Below, one piece after another: positions 36,743 to 47,012 of a DNA stretch of 64,000 nucleotides. Within the stretch, counting starts at the first letter, position 1, and each line of letters begins with the position of its first letter. The translations under genes and the position numbers were made by a program. The notes under the pieces are model-generated. The model was not told where the DNA came from and made no database searches. It saw only the letters and a program-made list of their open reading frames with translations. This DNA is from an uncultured Candidatus Saccharibacteria bacterium (GTDB lineage: Bacteria; Patescibacteriota; Minisyncoccia; Phycocordibacterales; UBA6065): contig CAZBVG010000004.1 in assembly GCA_964495425.1 (NCBI GenBank), forward strand, positions 63,633-127,632, in the 5' to 3' direction.

Positions 36743-38272
36743 TTACCTTGCGAAATCAGTCACTCTTGATTCACGAATAAGTGTAACTTTGATTTCTCCT
36801 GGGTACTTGAGATCACGTTCAATTTTTTCTGCTACAGTTCTCGCCATATTTTTCGCTTCGATGTCAGAAATTTCTTCAGGCTTCACGAAAATACGAATTT
36901 CTCGACCGGCTTGAAGGGCATATGCCTTCTCAACACCAGGGAGCGAAGTAGCAATTCCTTCTAGATCCTGAAGGCGCTTGAGGTAATTTTCTACACTATC
37001 GTGTCGTGCTCCTGGTCGAGCGCCAGAAATTGCATCGGCTACCTGCACGATAATTGATTCAACGGTTTCGTATGGATATTCCTCGTGATGAGCCTGCATA
37101 GCTTTTATGATTGCTTCATCAGTGCCAAACTTTTGCAAGATTCGTCTGCCGATCTCTACATGGGTACCCTGAACCTCGTGGTCGAGGGCTTTCCCTATGT
37201 CATGAACGAGGGCGCCGGCCTTGGCTACCTGTACGTTTGCGCCTAGTTCCTCTGCGATCATACCGGCAATATGCGCCATTTCTACAGAGTGCTGCAACAC
37301 ATTTTGCCCATATGAGGTTCTGAAATAGAGGCGACCCAGGATGGCAACAACTCGAGGGTCGAGATTCATGACACCCGTTTCAAATGTTGCTTGTTCACCT
37401 TTCTCCTTAATTATCTTATGTATGTCTTCTTTTGCTTTCTCTACTAGTTTTTCAATTTTCGCAGGCTGAATACGTCCGTCTGCAATGAGTGCCTCAAGTG
37501 CGAGTCGAGCTACCTGGCGACGTATTGGATCGAATGATGAAAGGGTAATGGTGCCGGGGGTATCGTCAACAATAACTTCAACACCGGTTACACGCTCAAA
37601 GCTTTTAATGTTTCTTCCTTCTTTTCCAATAATCTTTCCTTTGATCTCTTCAGAAGGGATGGTTACGGTGGTAGAGAAGATGTCTGCGGTTACTGCATTA
37701 CCAAGTCGATGAATAGCCGTCGCAAGTATTTCCTTTGCGCGAGATTCAATTTTTTCCTGATTTGAAATTTCGAGTTTTTGCATACGCACCACCAAGTCTT
37801 CTCCGTATTTTTTCTCAACATCTTTAATGAGTTCTTCTTTAGCCTCTGCGGTTGTGAGCTTAGAAGTTTTTTCGAGCACCGCTTCACGATCAGCTAAAAG
37901 TTTATCTGCCCTTTCTTTAATGGCACGAATTTCTGAGGCTTTATTTTTAAGGCTTTCAACTTCAGAGTCGAGATCAGCCTGACGCTTTTCTAGCGAGTCC
38001 TCCTTTTTAATGAGACGCTCTTCGGTTGCCTTTAGTTTTTCTTCTTTTTCTTTTGCAGCCTCTCGCGACTCTCTCAATGTTTCCGCAGCTTTATGTTCAG
38101 CTTCAAGAATAATTTTTTTCCCTTTCTCCTGCGCGGCAGTTTCCATTTTATCGATCTGAAGCTCCATTGAGTTTCGTTTCGATCGCGCGATCAAGAGTCG
38201 CAAGTAATAACCCAAAGCGATCCCAACAAGCCCTGCGATGCTTGCGAGAAGTATTGCGATTTTAAGTGACAT
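36743..38272 (-). CDS. rny: Ribonuclease Y
   Basis: N-terminal TM, a coiled-coil, a KH domain (IGKEGRNIKSFE), and an HD domain (VHDIGKA). Confidence 0.9.
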   Translation of the reverse strand: MSLKIAILLASIAGLVGIALGYYLRLLIARSKRNSMELQIDKMETAAQEKGKKIILEAEHKAAETLRESREAAKEKEEKLKATEERLIKKEDSLEKRQADLDSEVESLKNKASEIRAIKERADKLLADREAVLEKTSKLTTAEAKEELIKDVEKKYGEDLVVRMQKLEISNQEKIESRAKEILATAIHRLGNAVTADIFSTTVTIPSEEIKGKIIGKEGRNIKSFERVTGVEVIVDDTPGTITLSSFDPIRRQVARLALEALIADGRIQPAKIEKLVEKAKEDIHKIIKEKGEQATFETGVMNLDPRVVAILGRLYFRTSYGQNVLQHSVEMAHIAGMIAEELGANVQVAKAGALVHDIGKALDHEVQGTHVEIGRRILQKFGTDEAIIKAMQAHHEEYPYETVESIIVQVADAISGARPGARHDSVENYLKRLQDLEGIATSLPGVEKAYALQAGREIRIFVKPEEISDIEAKNMARTVAEKIERDLKYPGEIKVTLIRESRVTDFAR

Positions 38273-38480
38273 GACAATGACGGCGGTTTCTCAACTGTCT
38301 GTGTGAAATTGTAGAGGTGTCGGACGTGGTGGGAAAAAGAAATTAGTTTCAAAAGAGGGCAGAGGACCAGCCGGTAATTTAAAAGTAGTAACGCCCTCAT
38401 ACTACATATCTTTGCTATAGATGGCAAATGTAAGCAAAAGAAAAACCACCGAAATCAATCGGCGGTTTTTCTTGATTACT

Positions 38481-39059
38481 TTAGCTTAAAACTTTGTCTA
38501 TGATACCGTACTTTTTTGACTCTTCAGCATCAAGGAAGAAATCTCGATCAACATCCTTTTCAATTTGTGCGAGTGGCTTGCCGGTGTTGTCTGCAAGAAT
38601 TTTGTTGAGGCGTTCACGAGTTTTCAAAATATGTTTTGCGGTGATTGCGATATCAGCTGCCTGACCCTCAACTCCACCGAGCGGTTGATGGATCATTACT
38701 TCCGCGTTTGGAAGCGCGAATCGTTTTCCTTTTTTACCCGCCGACAAAATAACTGCACCCATTGATGCTGCGATACCAACACATACAGTCGAGACATCAT
38801 TTTTGATGTGATTCATGGTGTCGATAATTGCGAGACCTGCGGTCACTGAACCACCCGGAGAGTTTACGTACAAAGAAATATCTTTCTTTGAATCTTCTGA
38901 TTGTAAAAATAAAAGCTGGGCGATCACCGTGTTTGCAACATGATCATCAATCGGACCCGAAAGAAAAATAATATTTTCTTTGAGAAGTCGTGAATAAATA
39001 TCATAGGCGCGTTCACCGAGATTTGTTTTTTCTATAACTGTTGGAATAAGTATCGACAT
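38481..39059 (-). CDS. clpP: ATP-dependent Clp protease proteolytic subunit
   Basis: The [18 protein letters not shown] region, and an active-site triad context of NSPGGSV (Ser), HQP (His) and FFLDA (Asp). Confidence 0.9.
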   Translation of the reverse strand: MSILIPTVIEKTNLGERAYDIYSRLLKENIIFLSGPIDDHVANTVIAQLLFLQSEDSKKDISLYVNSPGGSVTAGLAIIDTMNHIKNDVSTVCVGIAASMGAVILSAGKKGKRFALPNAEVMIHQPLGGVEGQAADIAITAKHILKTRERLNKILADNTGKPLAQIEKDVDRDFFLDAEESKKYGIIDKVLS

Positions 39060-39096
39060 ATGTTTTTGAAATTAGGGATAGCGACACAATATCAAA

Positions 39097-39432
39097 ATGG
39101 AGGGGAAGTGCAAATGGTTAACGTATGAGTGGTTTGAAGTAGTATGTGGGCAGATTCAAAATCAGCATATGAACCTTCTAATCAAGTTCTTCGCGTCTGT
39201 GTTTATGACAGTGTGCGCTCTCACTCCTTTGTGGATTTTTCTGCTCGCTCGCTCGATGCTTAACCCACAAGGATTTTGGCAGAATCTTGCGTTATCTGGA
39301 CTGAGTTTCTATATTCTTTGTGGCGCACAATTGCTGGCACTTGGATTGTTGGGAGTGTTCCTCATTATTATTTGGAGTATCGCGCCGACATGTTCTCAGT
39401 TTGGCAACAAACACCTTGAGAGCCGTAGATAA
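39097..39432 (+). CDS. Small polytopic membrane protein
   Basis: 111 aa with about three TM helices. Confidence 0.45.
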   Translation: MEGKCKWLTYEWFEVVCGQIQNQHMNLLIKFFASVFMTVCALTPLWIFLLARSMLNPQGFWQNLALSGLSFYILCGAQLLALGLLGVFLIIIWSIAPTCSQFGNKHLESRR

Positions 39433-39467
39433 CCTACGGCTTTTTTATTTTTCTTCTTTGAGGTAGA

Positions 39468-40175
39468 GTGTTTCGCATGAGGTTACACCGATTTTATATC
39501 TTACAAACTATAGATAAAGAAAAGATAAATTCCTTCTCGAACAAGGATCAAATCCATCAATTACGCCGTGTTTTCCGGTTACACGCAGGGGATACCTGTA
39601 TTTTCTTCGATGGGAGCGGAGAGGATCATGTCTGTGAGATTGTTTCAATGACGGATGTAAAACTCGAGTTCAAGGTTCTTGAAACATATTCCGTGAAACC
39701 GATATCCACCAAATTGTCTTTGGCAGTTTCATTAATAAAGAAAGATAATTTTGAGTGGGTCATTCAAAAAGGCACTGAGCTTGGAGTCTCAGAATTCATA
39801 CCTCTTATTTCAGAACGAAGTGAGAAAAAGGGATTCAATATGGAACGAGCGCGCAAAATTATGATTGAGGCAGTTGAGCAATCGGGACGCGCTGATGTTC
39901 CAACAATTTTTGAACCTGTTGATCTCGACGTGTTTCTTGAAACTGAAAAAAGAGGCTTGGTTGTATTTAACACAACTGGGATAAATTTTTTCTCAAAAAA
40001 ATCTAAAGAAAAAATAAATTTGGTAGTATGCATTGGACCTGAAGGTGGTTGGTCAGAAAAAGAAATTGAAAAGTTTAAAAATAAAGGCGCAGAAATTGTA
40101 AAACTTGATACACCAATTTTGCGCACGGAAACAGCAGCGGTTGCGATCGCTACACTTTTTCTGGCACAAAAATAA
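39468..40175 (+). CDS. rsmE: 16S rRNA (uracil1498-N3)-methyltransferase RsmE family
   Basis: RLHAGDTCIFFDGSG N-terminal domain and a C-terminal GPEGGWS SPOUT motif. Confidence 0.8.
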   Translation: MFRMRLHRFYILQTIDKEKINSFSNKDQIHQLRRVFRLHAGDTCIFFDGSGEDHVCEIVSMTDVKLEFKVLETYSVKPISTKLSLAVSLIKKDNFEWVIQKGTELGVSEFIPLISERSEKKGFNMERARKIMIEAVEQSGRADVPTIFEPVDLDVFLETEKRGLVVFNTTGINFFSKKSKEKINLVVCIGPEGGWSEKEIEKFKNKGAEIVKLDTPILRTETAAVAIATLFLAQK

Positions 40176-40177
40176 GT

Positions 40178-40208
40178 AACAAAAACCGCGCGTGATGCGC
40201 GGTTTTTT
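40178..40208. terminator. Bidirectional terminator between rsmE and tig
   Basis: aaaaccgcgcgtgatgcgcggttttttt. Confidence 0.6.
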
Positions 40209-41288
40209 TTATTTCTGATTTTCCAAGAATTCGAACACCGCCTGATTCAAAAGTATCTGTTCAAAATACGCTCGTGCACTTTCTGGGTCAACATCCTTGT
40301 GATGTTCCTTTGCGTGTGCAACTTCAGCATCAAGTCGTTCTTTGTTTGCGGTAAGTTTTTCTTTCTTTGCAATGTGATCGATTGCGAGATCTAGTTTCAC
40401 TCGCTTCATTGCATCCGATTTCCATTCCTTTTTGAGATCATCTGCAGTCTTCTTGAGGTGTTTCAAATATTCATCAAACTTGAGGCCCATGCGTTCAATG
40501 TCGTGTGTCATCTGTGAAAGCATGCGGCGCAATTCAGCTTCAATGAGAACTTCAGGAATTACAACCTCAAGATCTTTTGTTAATGCATCAACCAATTCGA
40601 GACGCTTCTTTTCCTGTGCCTTGTGTTCCTTTTCGCTTACAAGATTTTTTCGAAGATTTTCTTTAAAATCCGCAACATCTTTAAACTCACCCCATGTTTT
40701 CACAAGGTCGTCCGTGAGTTCGATTGGTTTTGCTTCTTGACCTTCAACTTTCTTTGCGCCGATTCGAGCGTAATTATTTTTAATATCTTCGATCGCCTTG
40801 TCTACTTCCGCATCCGTTACTTCAACCTTCTCAACTTTTTTTGAATTTTCTTTTTCAGCAATTTTCTTATATTCGAACTTTCCAATTTCTGGAACGACCG
40901 CGGTGAGGATAGTAAATTCAAGTGGGTTACCTTCAGCAATTTTGGTGATTGAAACTCGTGGGTGACCGATCGCGTCAATTTTCTCTGCTTCAAGGATGTG
41001 TCCGTATGCATGTGAAATTGCATGCTCAGCTGCTTCGCTCAGAAGTGCCGCGTCACCAATTTTTTCTCGAACTAGTTTTTCTGGAGCCGCACCCTTTCGA
41101 AAACCAGGAAGCGATACATCCTTTTTGATTTCTTTGAGTGTTTCTTGAACTGCCTGAGTAAACTCCTTTGCATCGATGGAGCTTTTGATCTCTACTTCGC
41201 CCGTTTCCGGGAGCTTCTTTATAACTGCTTTATATGAATGATGTGATGACATATATATGTATAGTTGTGAGAGGAAGTCTATCCGCAA
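40209..41288 (-). CDS. tig: Trigger factor, apparently lacking the central PPIase (FKBP) domain
   Basis: The N-terminal ribosome-binding motif GFRKGAAP is present. There is a C-terminal chaperone domain. At ~347 aa from the likely start MSSHH it is too short to hold an FKBP domain. Confidence 0.7.
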   Translation of the reverse strand: MRIDFLSQLYIYMSSHHSYKAVIKKLPETGEVEIKSSIDAKEFTQAVQETLKEIKKDVSLPGFRKGAAPEKLVREKIGDAALLSEAAEHAISHAYGHILEAEKIDAIGHPRVSITKIAEGNPLEFTILTAVVPEIGKFEYKKIAEKENSKKVEKVEVTDAEVDKAIEDIKNNYARIGAKKVEGQEAKPIELTDDLVKTWGEFKDVADFKENLRKNLVSEKEHKAQEKKRLELVDALTKDLEVVIPEVLIEAELRRMLSQMTHDIERMGLKFDEYLKHLKKTADDLKKEWKSDAMKRVKLDLAIDHIAKKEKLTANKERLDAEVAHAKEHHKDVDPESARAYFEQILLNQAVFEFLENQK

Positions 41289-41361
41289 AGACCATTTTTG
41301 TCCATAAACTAGCTTTTAGGTTTTTGGGTAAGCAAAAGCCCCGTTACCGGGGCTTTGTGCG

Positions 41362-41658
41362 TTACATATTTTCGAGACCAGTGAGATCAACATCGGTTGA
41401 TCCGCTATTTTGGAGTTCAGCCTCGAGAGCGTTGACCTCGTCTGAAGTGCTAGCTTGTGGAGCTGCTTCGTTAGTTGTAACCATGGTCTCATTCTGAGCC
41501 GGAGCAACAGCTGAGGCGTCATTTCGGTTAGAAATTTTTTCTCCCCAGAAGTACAACACAGCTATAACGATAAGAACGATGACAACTACGATGCTAATGA
41601 CAGGAGCGATGCTTCTTTTTGGTGCTGCACCTGGCATTTGTGGCTGAATTGGATCCAT
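41362..41658 (-). CDS. Small bitopic protein
   Basis: 98 aa with a single TM (IAPVISIVVVIVLIVIAVLYFW). Confidence 0.4.
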   Translation of the reverse strand: MDPIQPQMPGAAPKRSIAPVISIVVVIVLIVIAVLYFWGEKISNRNDASAVAPAQNETMVTTNEAAPQASTSDEVNALEAELQNSGSTDVDLTGLENM

Positions 41659-41676
41659 ATACTATTTATTTACTTA

Positions 41677-42414
41677 TTAATTTCGAGTCGTTGAAGCGGT
41701 GGTGGTTGCTGGTCGGTCGCGCTTTTCTTTATCTCGCATGAGCGTTCCCTGTAAACCCTTCATGTCCGCGATAACTTGCATAAGAGACTTATGTGCATCC
41801 TGAATAGCAGTCTGAGCTGTTTTTACGGCCGTCTTGAGCGCTGCCGCGGTAGTTGTTGGGGTGGAAGTTGAAATTGGGGTCGAGAGAACTGCCTGAACTG
41901 AAGTGCTTGCTATTGCTAGTTTTGACACAGCAATTGAAAGATCTGCTCGAGCGCTGGTTGTAGTAGCCCCAGCTTGTTCGAACTTGGTTAGGCGAGACTC
42001 GATACGTGCTTTTATTGAATTAAGTTCCTCGAGTGCGTGTGAAAGTCGCTTTCCTGCATTTTTCACAATGAGATCGAGACGATCTGACGCCTTTTCTCGG
42101 ACCTCAGCACGCAATTCCTTTATATCTTCGCGTTTCTCGCTCATTTTTTCTTTAACTTCTTCTCTTTTATCCTTCACTTCCTCTCTTTTATCCTGAAGTT
42201 CCTGCTTCTTAGCTTCGATCTGTGCCTTAAGCACGTCTCGCTTTTCAAGGATTGGTCTTGAAGTGCTTGCTTCGCCGCGAACCTTAGCATTTACCTTTAC
42301 TGGCGTAGTTGAGCCATTAACAGTAAGTTCAAGAGTTGCTTCTTCTGCAGCTGCGGTAAGTGCCCACGAAAAGGCGAGTGCGGAAGCGGCAATGATGAGT
42401 AATGATTTTTTCAT
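41677..42414 (-). CDS. Secreted coiled-coil protein
   Basis: Signal peptide and K/E/R-rich heptad-like repeats (KREEVKDKREEVKEK). Confidence 0.5.
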   Translation of the reverse strand: MKKSLLIIAASALAFSWALTAAAEEATLELTVNGSTTPVKVNAKVRGEASTSRPILEKRDVLKAQIEAKKQELQDKREEVKDKREEVKEKMSEKREDIKELRAEVREKASDRLDLIVKNAGKRLSHALEELNSIKARIESRLTKFEQAGATTTSARADLSIAVSKLAIASTSVQAVLSTPISTSTPTTTAAALKTAVKTAQTAIQDAHKSLMQVIADMKGLQGTLMRDKEKRDRPATTTASTTRN

Positions 42415-42535
42415 AGTATATTCTTTGTTATAGCCGTACTAGGGGATTCCCAAAGGAATCTTTAGTGCGGATCTCCCTATTATACAACAAAAAACGAAGT
42501 CTAGTGGACTTCGTTTTTTGCTTAGGATAGTGAGA

Positions 42536-43072
42536 TTATTTCTTAGCTTTTTTTGCTTTTGCCTTCTTGTAGAGCTCGGTTGAGCGTTTGAATGCTTCTT
42601 CTGCCTCTTTTTTACCCTTAAATCCATGAACCGCTACTTCTTTGTTCTGGAGTTTCTTGTAGGTTGCATAGAAATGCTCAATTTCCTTAAGAGTATGCTT
42701 GTTTATATCCTTAAGATCGTGCATTTCAGCAAATCGAGGATCGTCAACAGGAACCGCAATGACTTTTGCATCAGAATCTCCTGAATCGGTCATATCCATG
42801 ATGGCAATAGGACGAACTCGAACGAGAATTCCCGGAAGGAGAGCGTGGGTGGTAATAACAAGTACGTCGAGCGCATCTCCGTCATCCCAGAGTGTTTGTG
42901 GCACAAAACCGTAGTCGAACGGGAAGTCTTGAGCGGTATGCGCGACTCGATCAAGGGCAATAATGCCTGTTTCTTTGTCGATCTCGTACTTATTCTTAGA
43001 GCCCTTGTTGATTTCGATAACAACATTCATCTTATCAACTGAACCTGCTGGCAAATCGTGGAGTAAATTCAT
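42536..43072 (-). CDS. ppa: Inorganic pyrophosphatase (family I)
   Basis: DGDALDVLV and the Y..DYGF.P.T motifs. Confidence 0.9.
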   Translation of the reverse strand: MNLLHDLPAGSVDKMNVVIEINKGSKNKYEIDKETGIIALDRVAHTAQDFPFDYGFVPQTLWDDGDALDVLVITTHALLPGILVRVRPIAIMDMTDSGDSDAKVIAVPVDDPRFAEMHDLKDINKHTLKEIEHFYATYKKLQNKEVAVHGFKGKKEAEEAFKRSTELYKKAKAKKAKK

Positions 43073-43110
43073 GTAATTTCTAAAAAGCGTTATTATAAGC
43101 CGTATAATTG

Positions 43111-44262
43111 TTATTCTGCGCTTGCTTCTGAAGCTTCTACGACAGCATCCTTTGCACCACCTACTGGTCTGATATCAATTTTCCAGCCTGTAAGTTTTGC
43201 TGCTAATCGAACGTTTTGTCCGCCTTTACCAATTGCAAGTGACTGCTGGTCCTCCTTCACTTCAACGGTCGCGGTTTTGGTTGCCTCATCAAGCACAATA
43301 GAGGAAGCCTTAGCTGGTGAAAGAGAGTCTTCGATAAACTTCTTTGGATCAGCTGACCATTCAATAATATCGATTTTTTCACCACCGAGTTCTGAAGTTA
43401 CTGTGGTAACACGTACACCTCGCTGACCTACAAGAGAGCCGATAGGATCAATGTGTGAGTCGTGTGAGATAACAGCAATCTTTGATCGTGAACCAGCTTC
43501 TCGTGCAACCGCTTTTACTTCAACCGTCTTGTTTGCGATCTCAGGAGCCTCGATTTCAAAGAGTTTTTCAAGGAATTTAGGATGTGATCGAGAAAGTTTG
43601 AGGAAAACGCCTCGAGGAGACTCTTCTACACGGAAAAGATATGCGCGAAGGCGCTCACCTTGCTTGAAATGCTCGCTTCGGATCTGCTCTTCAAAAGGCA
43701 AAACACCTGTAGCACGGCCCATATCAACGAAAATGGTGCCTCGTTCTACTCTCTGAACAGTACCAGAGACAATATCACCCTCTCGTTTACCATATTCACC
43801 CAATACTGAGACCTTTTCAGCCTCTCGGATCTTCTGAATGATCACCTGTTTAGCTGTTTGAGCAGCAATTCGGCCAAAATCATCCTTTGGCTCGAGCGGG
43901 AAGAGCATTTCCTCGTCCAATTCCACGTTTTTCTTGATGAGGCGTGCTTCGTCAATCCAGATATGGTGTTCCGGGTTGTAGCGCACTCGTTCATCGTCCT
44001 CTGCAAGCTCAGGAAGCTCTTCTCCCTCAGGAATATTGATGACTTTTGTGTCATCTACAGCAATTTTGACCTGGAAAAACTCGGTTGCTCCGGTATTTAC
44101 GTCAAAAGTGGCTCGAACGATCTGTCCGCGCTTGCCGTACTCCTTTTTATAAGCGGTCGCCAAAGCCATTTCTATGGCTTCAATTATCTTTTCTTTGGGA
44201 ATTCCGCGTTCTTCCTCGAGCTGTCCGAGTACAGAATGGATTACTTTAAGATCAAACAACAT
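43111..44262 (-). CDS. nusA: Transcription termination/antitermination factor NusA
   Basis: S1 domain plus two KH domains (GKGGQNVRLAAKLTGWKIDI). Confidence 0.9.
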   Translation of the reverse strand: MLFDLKVIHSVLGQLEEERGIPKEKIIEAIEMALATAYKKEYGKRGQIVRATFDVNTGATEFFQVKIAVDDTKVINIPEGEELPELAEDDERVRYNPEHHIWIDEARLIKKNVELDEEMLFPLEPKDDFGRIAAQTAKQVIIQKIREAEKVSVLGEYGKREGDIVSGTVQRVERGTIFVDMGRATGVLPFEEQIRSEHFKQGERLRAYLFRVEESPRGVFLKLSRSHPKFLEKLFEIEAPEIANKTVEVKAVAREAGSRSKIAVISHDSHIDPIGSLVGQRGVRVTTVTSELGGEKIDIIEWSADPKKFIEDSLSPAKASSIVLDEATKTATVEVKEDQQSLAIGKGGQNVRLAAKLTGWKIDIRPVGGAKDAVVEASEASAE

Positions 44263-44436
44263 ATTGGGTATTGTGTGCTAAATTTCAGGCTATTAAACAA
44301 GAAAGTCCGCCCAGAGGGCGAACTTACATACAGAGAAGTATATCTTTTGAATGAATTTTTGTCAAATAGATGCTTATACACAGGTTATGTACACAATTTC
44401 GACTTTGAGTTGTCTATATCCTTGCTATGATAGAGA

Positions 44437-45678
44437 GTGATGAAATCTCTTTTTTCTAAAATAGTTTTTGCTCTTCTTTTTTCTTTGTTCCCACTTTTTG
44501 CCTCTGCAGATATCGGAAACATTACTGGTTGGGCATGGTCAGATACAATTGGCTGGATTAGTTTTACCTGCGTAAATACCGGTACGTGTGCAAGTTCGTC
44601 AGGAGTTGACTATGGTGTGACTCAAAATGCGAGCGGGGATCTAACTGGATATGCTTGGTCAGAAAATATTGGTTGGATACAGTTTGGAGGACTTTCTGGT
44701 TTTCCTGCTGGAGCAGGGACGACTGCTGCAAATGCGCGTCTTACGGGCGGTACTGTTACGGGTTGGGCGCGAGCTTGCTCAGGAACTCAAGGTGGAAATT
44801 GTTCGAGTATGACGAGTCGAACTGACGGTTGGGATGGATGGATTGCTCTTTCTGGTGCAACCTATGGAGTAACAAAATCTGGTGACAATTTCCTCGGATA
44901 TGGCTGGGGAAGTGATGTTATAGGCTGGACTCTCTTTGATATTCAAAATAAATTCCCAGCTATATGTTCAAATTGTGGACCGCAGACCGGCGGAAGCAGC
45001 GCTGATCTTGATGTGCGAAGCGGTGGTGCGGGCGGCCCAACAATTGTAGGTAATGGTGCTGTGCCATTTGGAACCATTCCTACTTTCGTATGGACAATCA
45101 ACTCAACAACGATGTCTTGTGACGTTACAAAACTCGCTGGAGGCACAGCATTTACTGCAATAACGGGCAGGACGACCTCAGGTTCTCAATCTGGAAATGC
45201 ACTCACATCACCAGGACTTCACACGTATCATCTTGAGTGTACTAACCCTGCGTTTACAAAAGACGTAAGCTTCACAGTTGCTCCGATGGCGGTTGGATTC
45301 TCACTCGGTGGAACCGAAACCGCCCGAATACAATTCCTCGGTCCAGGCGCAGCGAATTCAGAAATTAAGACTATATATGTATCACCCGGTGGAGGATTTA
45401 CTGAGCCGGTAAGCATTTCTATTACTGGTTACCCAACACCTCCAGCTGGCACGACATTCACCTATTCATTAGGAGGCGGTGCGTTCGTTGCAAATCCAGC
45501 TCCGGTCGTTATTTCAAGTCCATATGGAAGCGGGCAGACATTCCAGGTGAGAGTTTCAAAACCTATTACTACACCATATACAATTACACTCACGGGTCAG
45601 TCAGCATCAGCCGGACCGGTAACAAAGGACATTATTCTTGATCCTCGTGGATTCGATCCGTCATTTAATGAAATTTAA
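44437..45678 (+). CDS. Secreted protein with W-rich G-W/Y-AWS-x-x-IGWI-x-F repeats
   Basis: Signal peptide, then four copies of the x-G-[WY]-[AG]-W-[SG]-x-x-IGW-[IT]-x-F motif, then a Gly/Thr-rich beta-type C-terminal part. Confidence 0.5.
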   Translation: MMKSLFSKIVFALLFSLFPLFASADIGNITGWAWSDTIGWISFTCVNTGTCASSSGVDYGVTQNASGDLTGYAWSENIGWIQFGGLSGFPAGAGTTAANARLTGGTVTGWARACSGTQGGNCSSMTSRTDGWDGWIALSGATYGVTKSGDNFLGYGWGSDVIGWTLFDIQNKFPAICSNCGPQTGGSSADLDVRSGGAGGPTIVGNGAVPFGTIPTFVWTINSTTMSCDVTKLAGGTAFTAITGRTTSGSQSGNALTSPGLHTYHLECTNPAFTKDVSFTVAPMAVGFSLGGTETARIQFLGPGAANSEIKTIYVSPGGGFTEPVSISITGYPTPPAGTTFTYSLGGGAFVANPAPVVISSPYGSGQTFQVRVSKPITTPYTITLTGQSASAGPVTKDIILDPRGFDPSFNEI

Positions 45679-45949
45679 TATGAAAAAAGTTTTACTCATA
45701 CTACTCGTGTTGCTTGTTGTCGGAGGAGCTGTGTATTGGTGGATGCAGACACAGAAAAAGCCGACCGGGCCAACTTCAGAAGAGACCGCTCGAGCACTCG
45801 ATCGACTCTCCGGTAAGACGTATGAAGAACAGCCGCTCACACCAGCACAGAAACAGGCAATCGACGGACTATCAGCACAGCAAGAACAAAAGAGTGCAGC
45901 AGAGATAAAGGCAGAGGAAGACGCATTAAAATTATTACAAGGAAAATAA
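45638..45949 (+). CDS. Small membrane-anchored protein
   Basis: 103 aa with an N-terminal TM. It overlaps the upstream gene end. Confidence 0.4.
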   Translation: MILVDSIRHLMKFNMKKVLLILLVLLVVGGAVYWWMQTQKKPTGPTSEETARALDRLSGKTYEEQPLTPAQKQAIDGLSAQQEQKSAAEIKAEEDALKLLQGK

Positions 45950-45968
45950 GCACATAACATTACGAACC

Positions 45969-46559
45969 ATGACCCGAATTACAACGATTACCACAGCAGT
46001 CATAAGCGCAATACTACTCGCGCTCTTGCCAGTTGGTGCAAGTGCGTGGACAGGTCCAACGGCAGCGCCGCCAAGTAATAACGTGGCAGCGCCTCTTAAC
46101 GTTTCTGGTAGCGCACAGGCAAAGGGCGCAGGACTTCTTCTTGCGACAAGTGCAACAACCTACGGTCTTTTGGTTCAGAACGGTAATGTGGGTATCGGAC
46201 TTCTTAACCCAGGCTACAAACTTGAAATCGCAGGCAGTGTAGGAGCAAGTGCTTTCTTCTATACATCTGACAAGTCGCTTAAGACTAATATTTCTCCTCT
46301 TTCAGGATCACTTGCAAAGGTTCTTAATCTTCAGGGAGTCTCATTTAATTGGAAGGAGGGCGGTGAAAAGAGCGTAGGTCTTGTTGCTCAGGATGTGGAG
46401 AAGGTGTATCCAGAACTTGTTCATACGAACCCACAGAGCGGTCTTAAATCAGTTGAATACGGAAATCTCGTCGCCCCTCTTATTGAAGCAATCAAAGAAC
46501 AGCAGAAGCAGATTGATGACTTAAAAGCAGAGGTTAAGGCGTTAAAGGGAAATAATTAA
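45969..46559 (+). CDS. Tail-fibre-like protein with a C-terminal intramolecular chaperone (peptidase S74-like) domain
   Basis: N-terminal GNVGIGLLNPGYKLEIAGS is typical of tail-fibre-domain proteins. The C-terminal SDKSLKTNISPLSGSLAKVLNLQGVSFNWKE...VGLVAQDVEKVYPELV matches the autoproteolytic chaperone domain of phage tail spikes and endosialidases. Confidence 0.6.
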   Translation: MTRITTITTAVISAILLALLPVGASAWTGPTAAPPSNNVAAPLNVSGSAQAKGAGLLLATSATTYGLLVQNGNVGIGLLNPGYKLEIAGSVGASAFFYTSDKSLKTNISPLSGSLAKVLNLQGVSFNWKEGGEKSVGLVAQDVEKVYPELVHTNPQSGLKSVEYGNLVAPLIEAIKEQQKQIDDLKAEVKALKGNN

Positions 46560-46564
46560 AACGT

Positions 46565-47002
46565 ATGGAAACAAATAACAATAACAATAAGAATGTATTG
46601 GTGATTGGATTGGTTATCGTGGTAGTGGCAGTAGTGGCATTTCTTTATTATCGTGACAAGGGAACAACCCAAAACACGTCAACAGGAACGACTCCTGAAC
46701 TTACTCAGGATCAAAGAAAAGCTCTAGTAACAGCGATTGTTAAAGAAGCAAAAGAGACAAATGTGATTGATATTAGTGCATGTAAACCATTCCCTGAAAC
46801 AGCTCAATTCAAACAGACAGCAGCTGTAACATTCAAAAATCAAGATTCGATGTCACATGAAATTGTATTCACACCTCAACACAAGTTCACAGTACCAGGA
46901 AAAGGTGAATATAAGATCGTCTTCGATTTCTTCCAGTATCCTGGCGTTAGGCATTATACGTGTGATTCAAAATCAGTAGGAACCGTTCTCATTATTAAAT
47001 AA
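46565..47002 (+). CDS. Membrane-anchored small protein
   Basis: 145 aa with N-terminal TM VLVIGLVIVVVAVVAFLYY. Confidence 0.4.
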   Translation: METNNNNNKNVLVIGLVIVVVAVVAFLYYRDKGTTQNTSTGTTPELTQDQRKALVTAIVKEAKETNVIDISACKPFPETAQFKQTAAVTFKNQDSMSHEIVFTPQHKFTVPGKGEYKIVFDFFQYPGVRHYTCDSKSVGTVLIIK

Positions 47003-47012
47003 ACACATTCAC

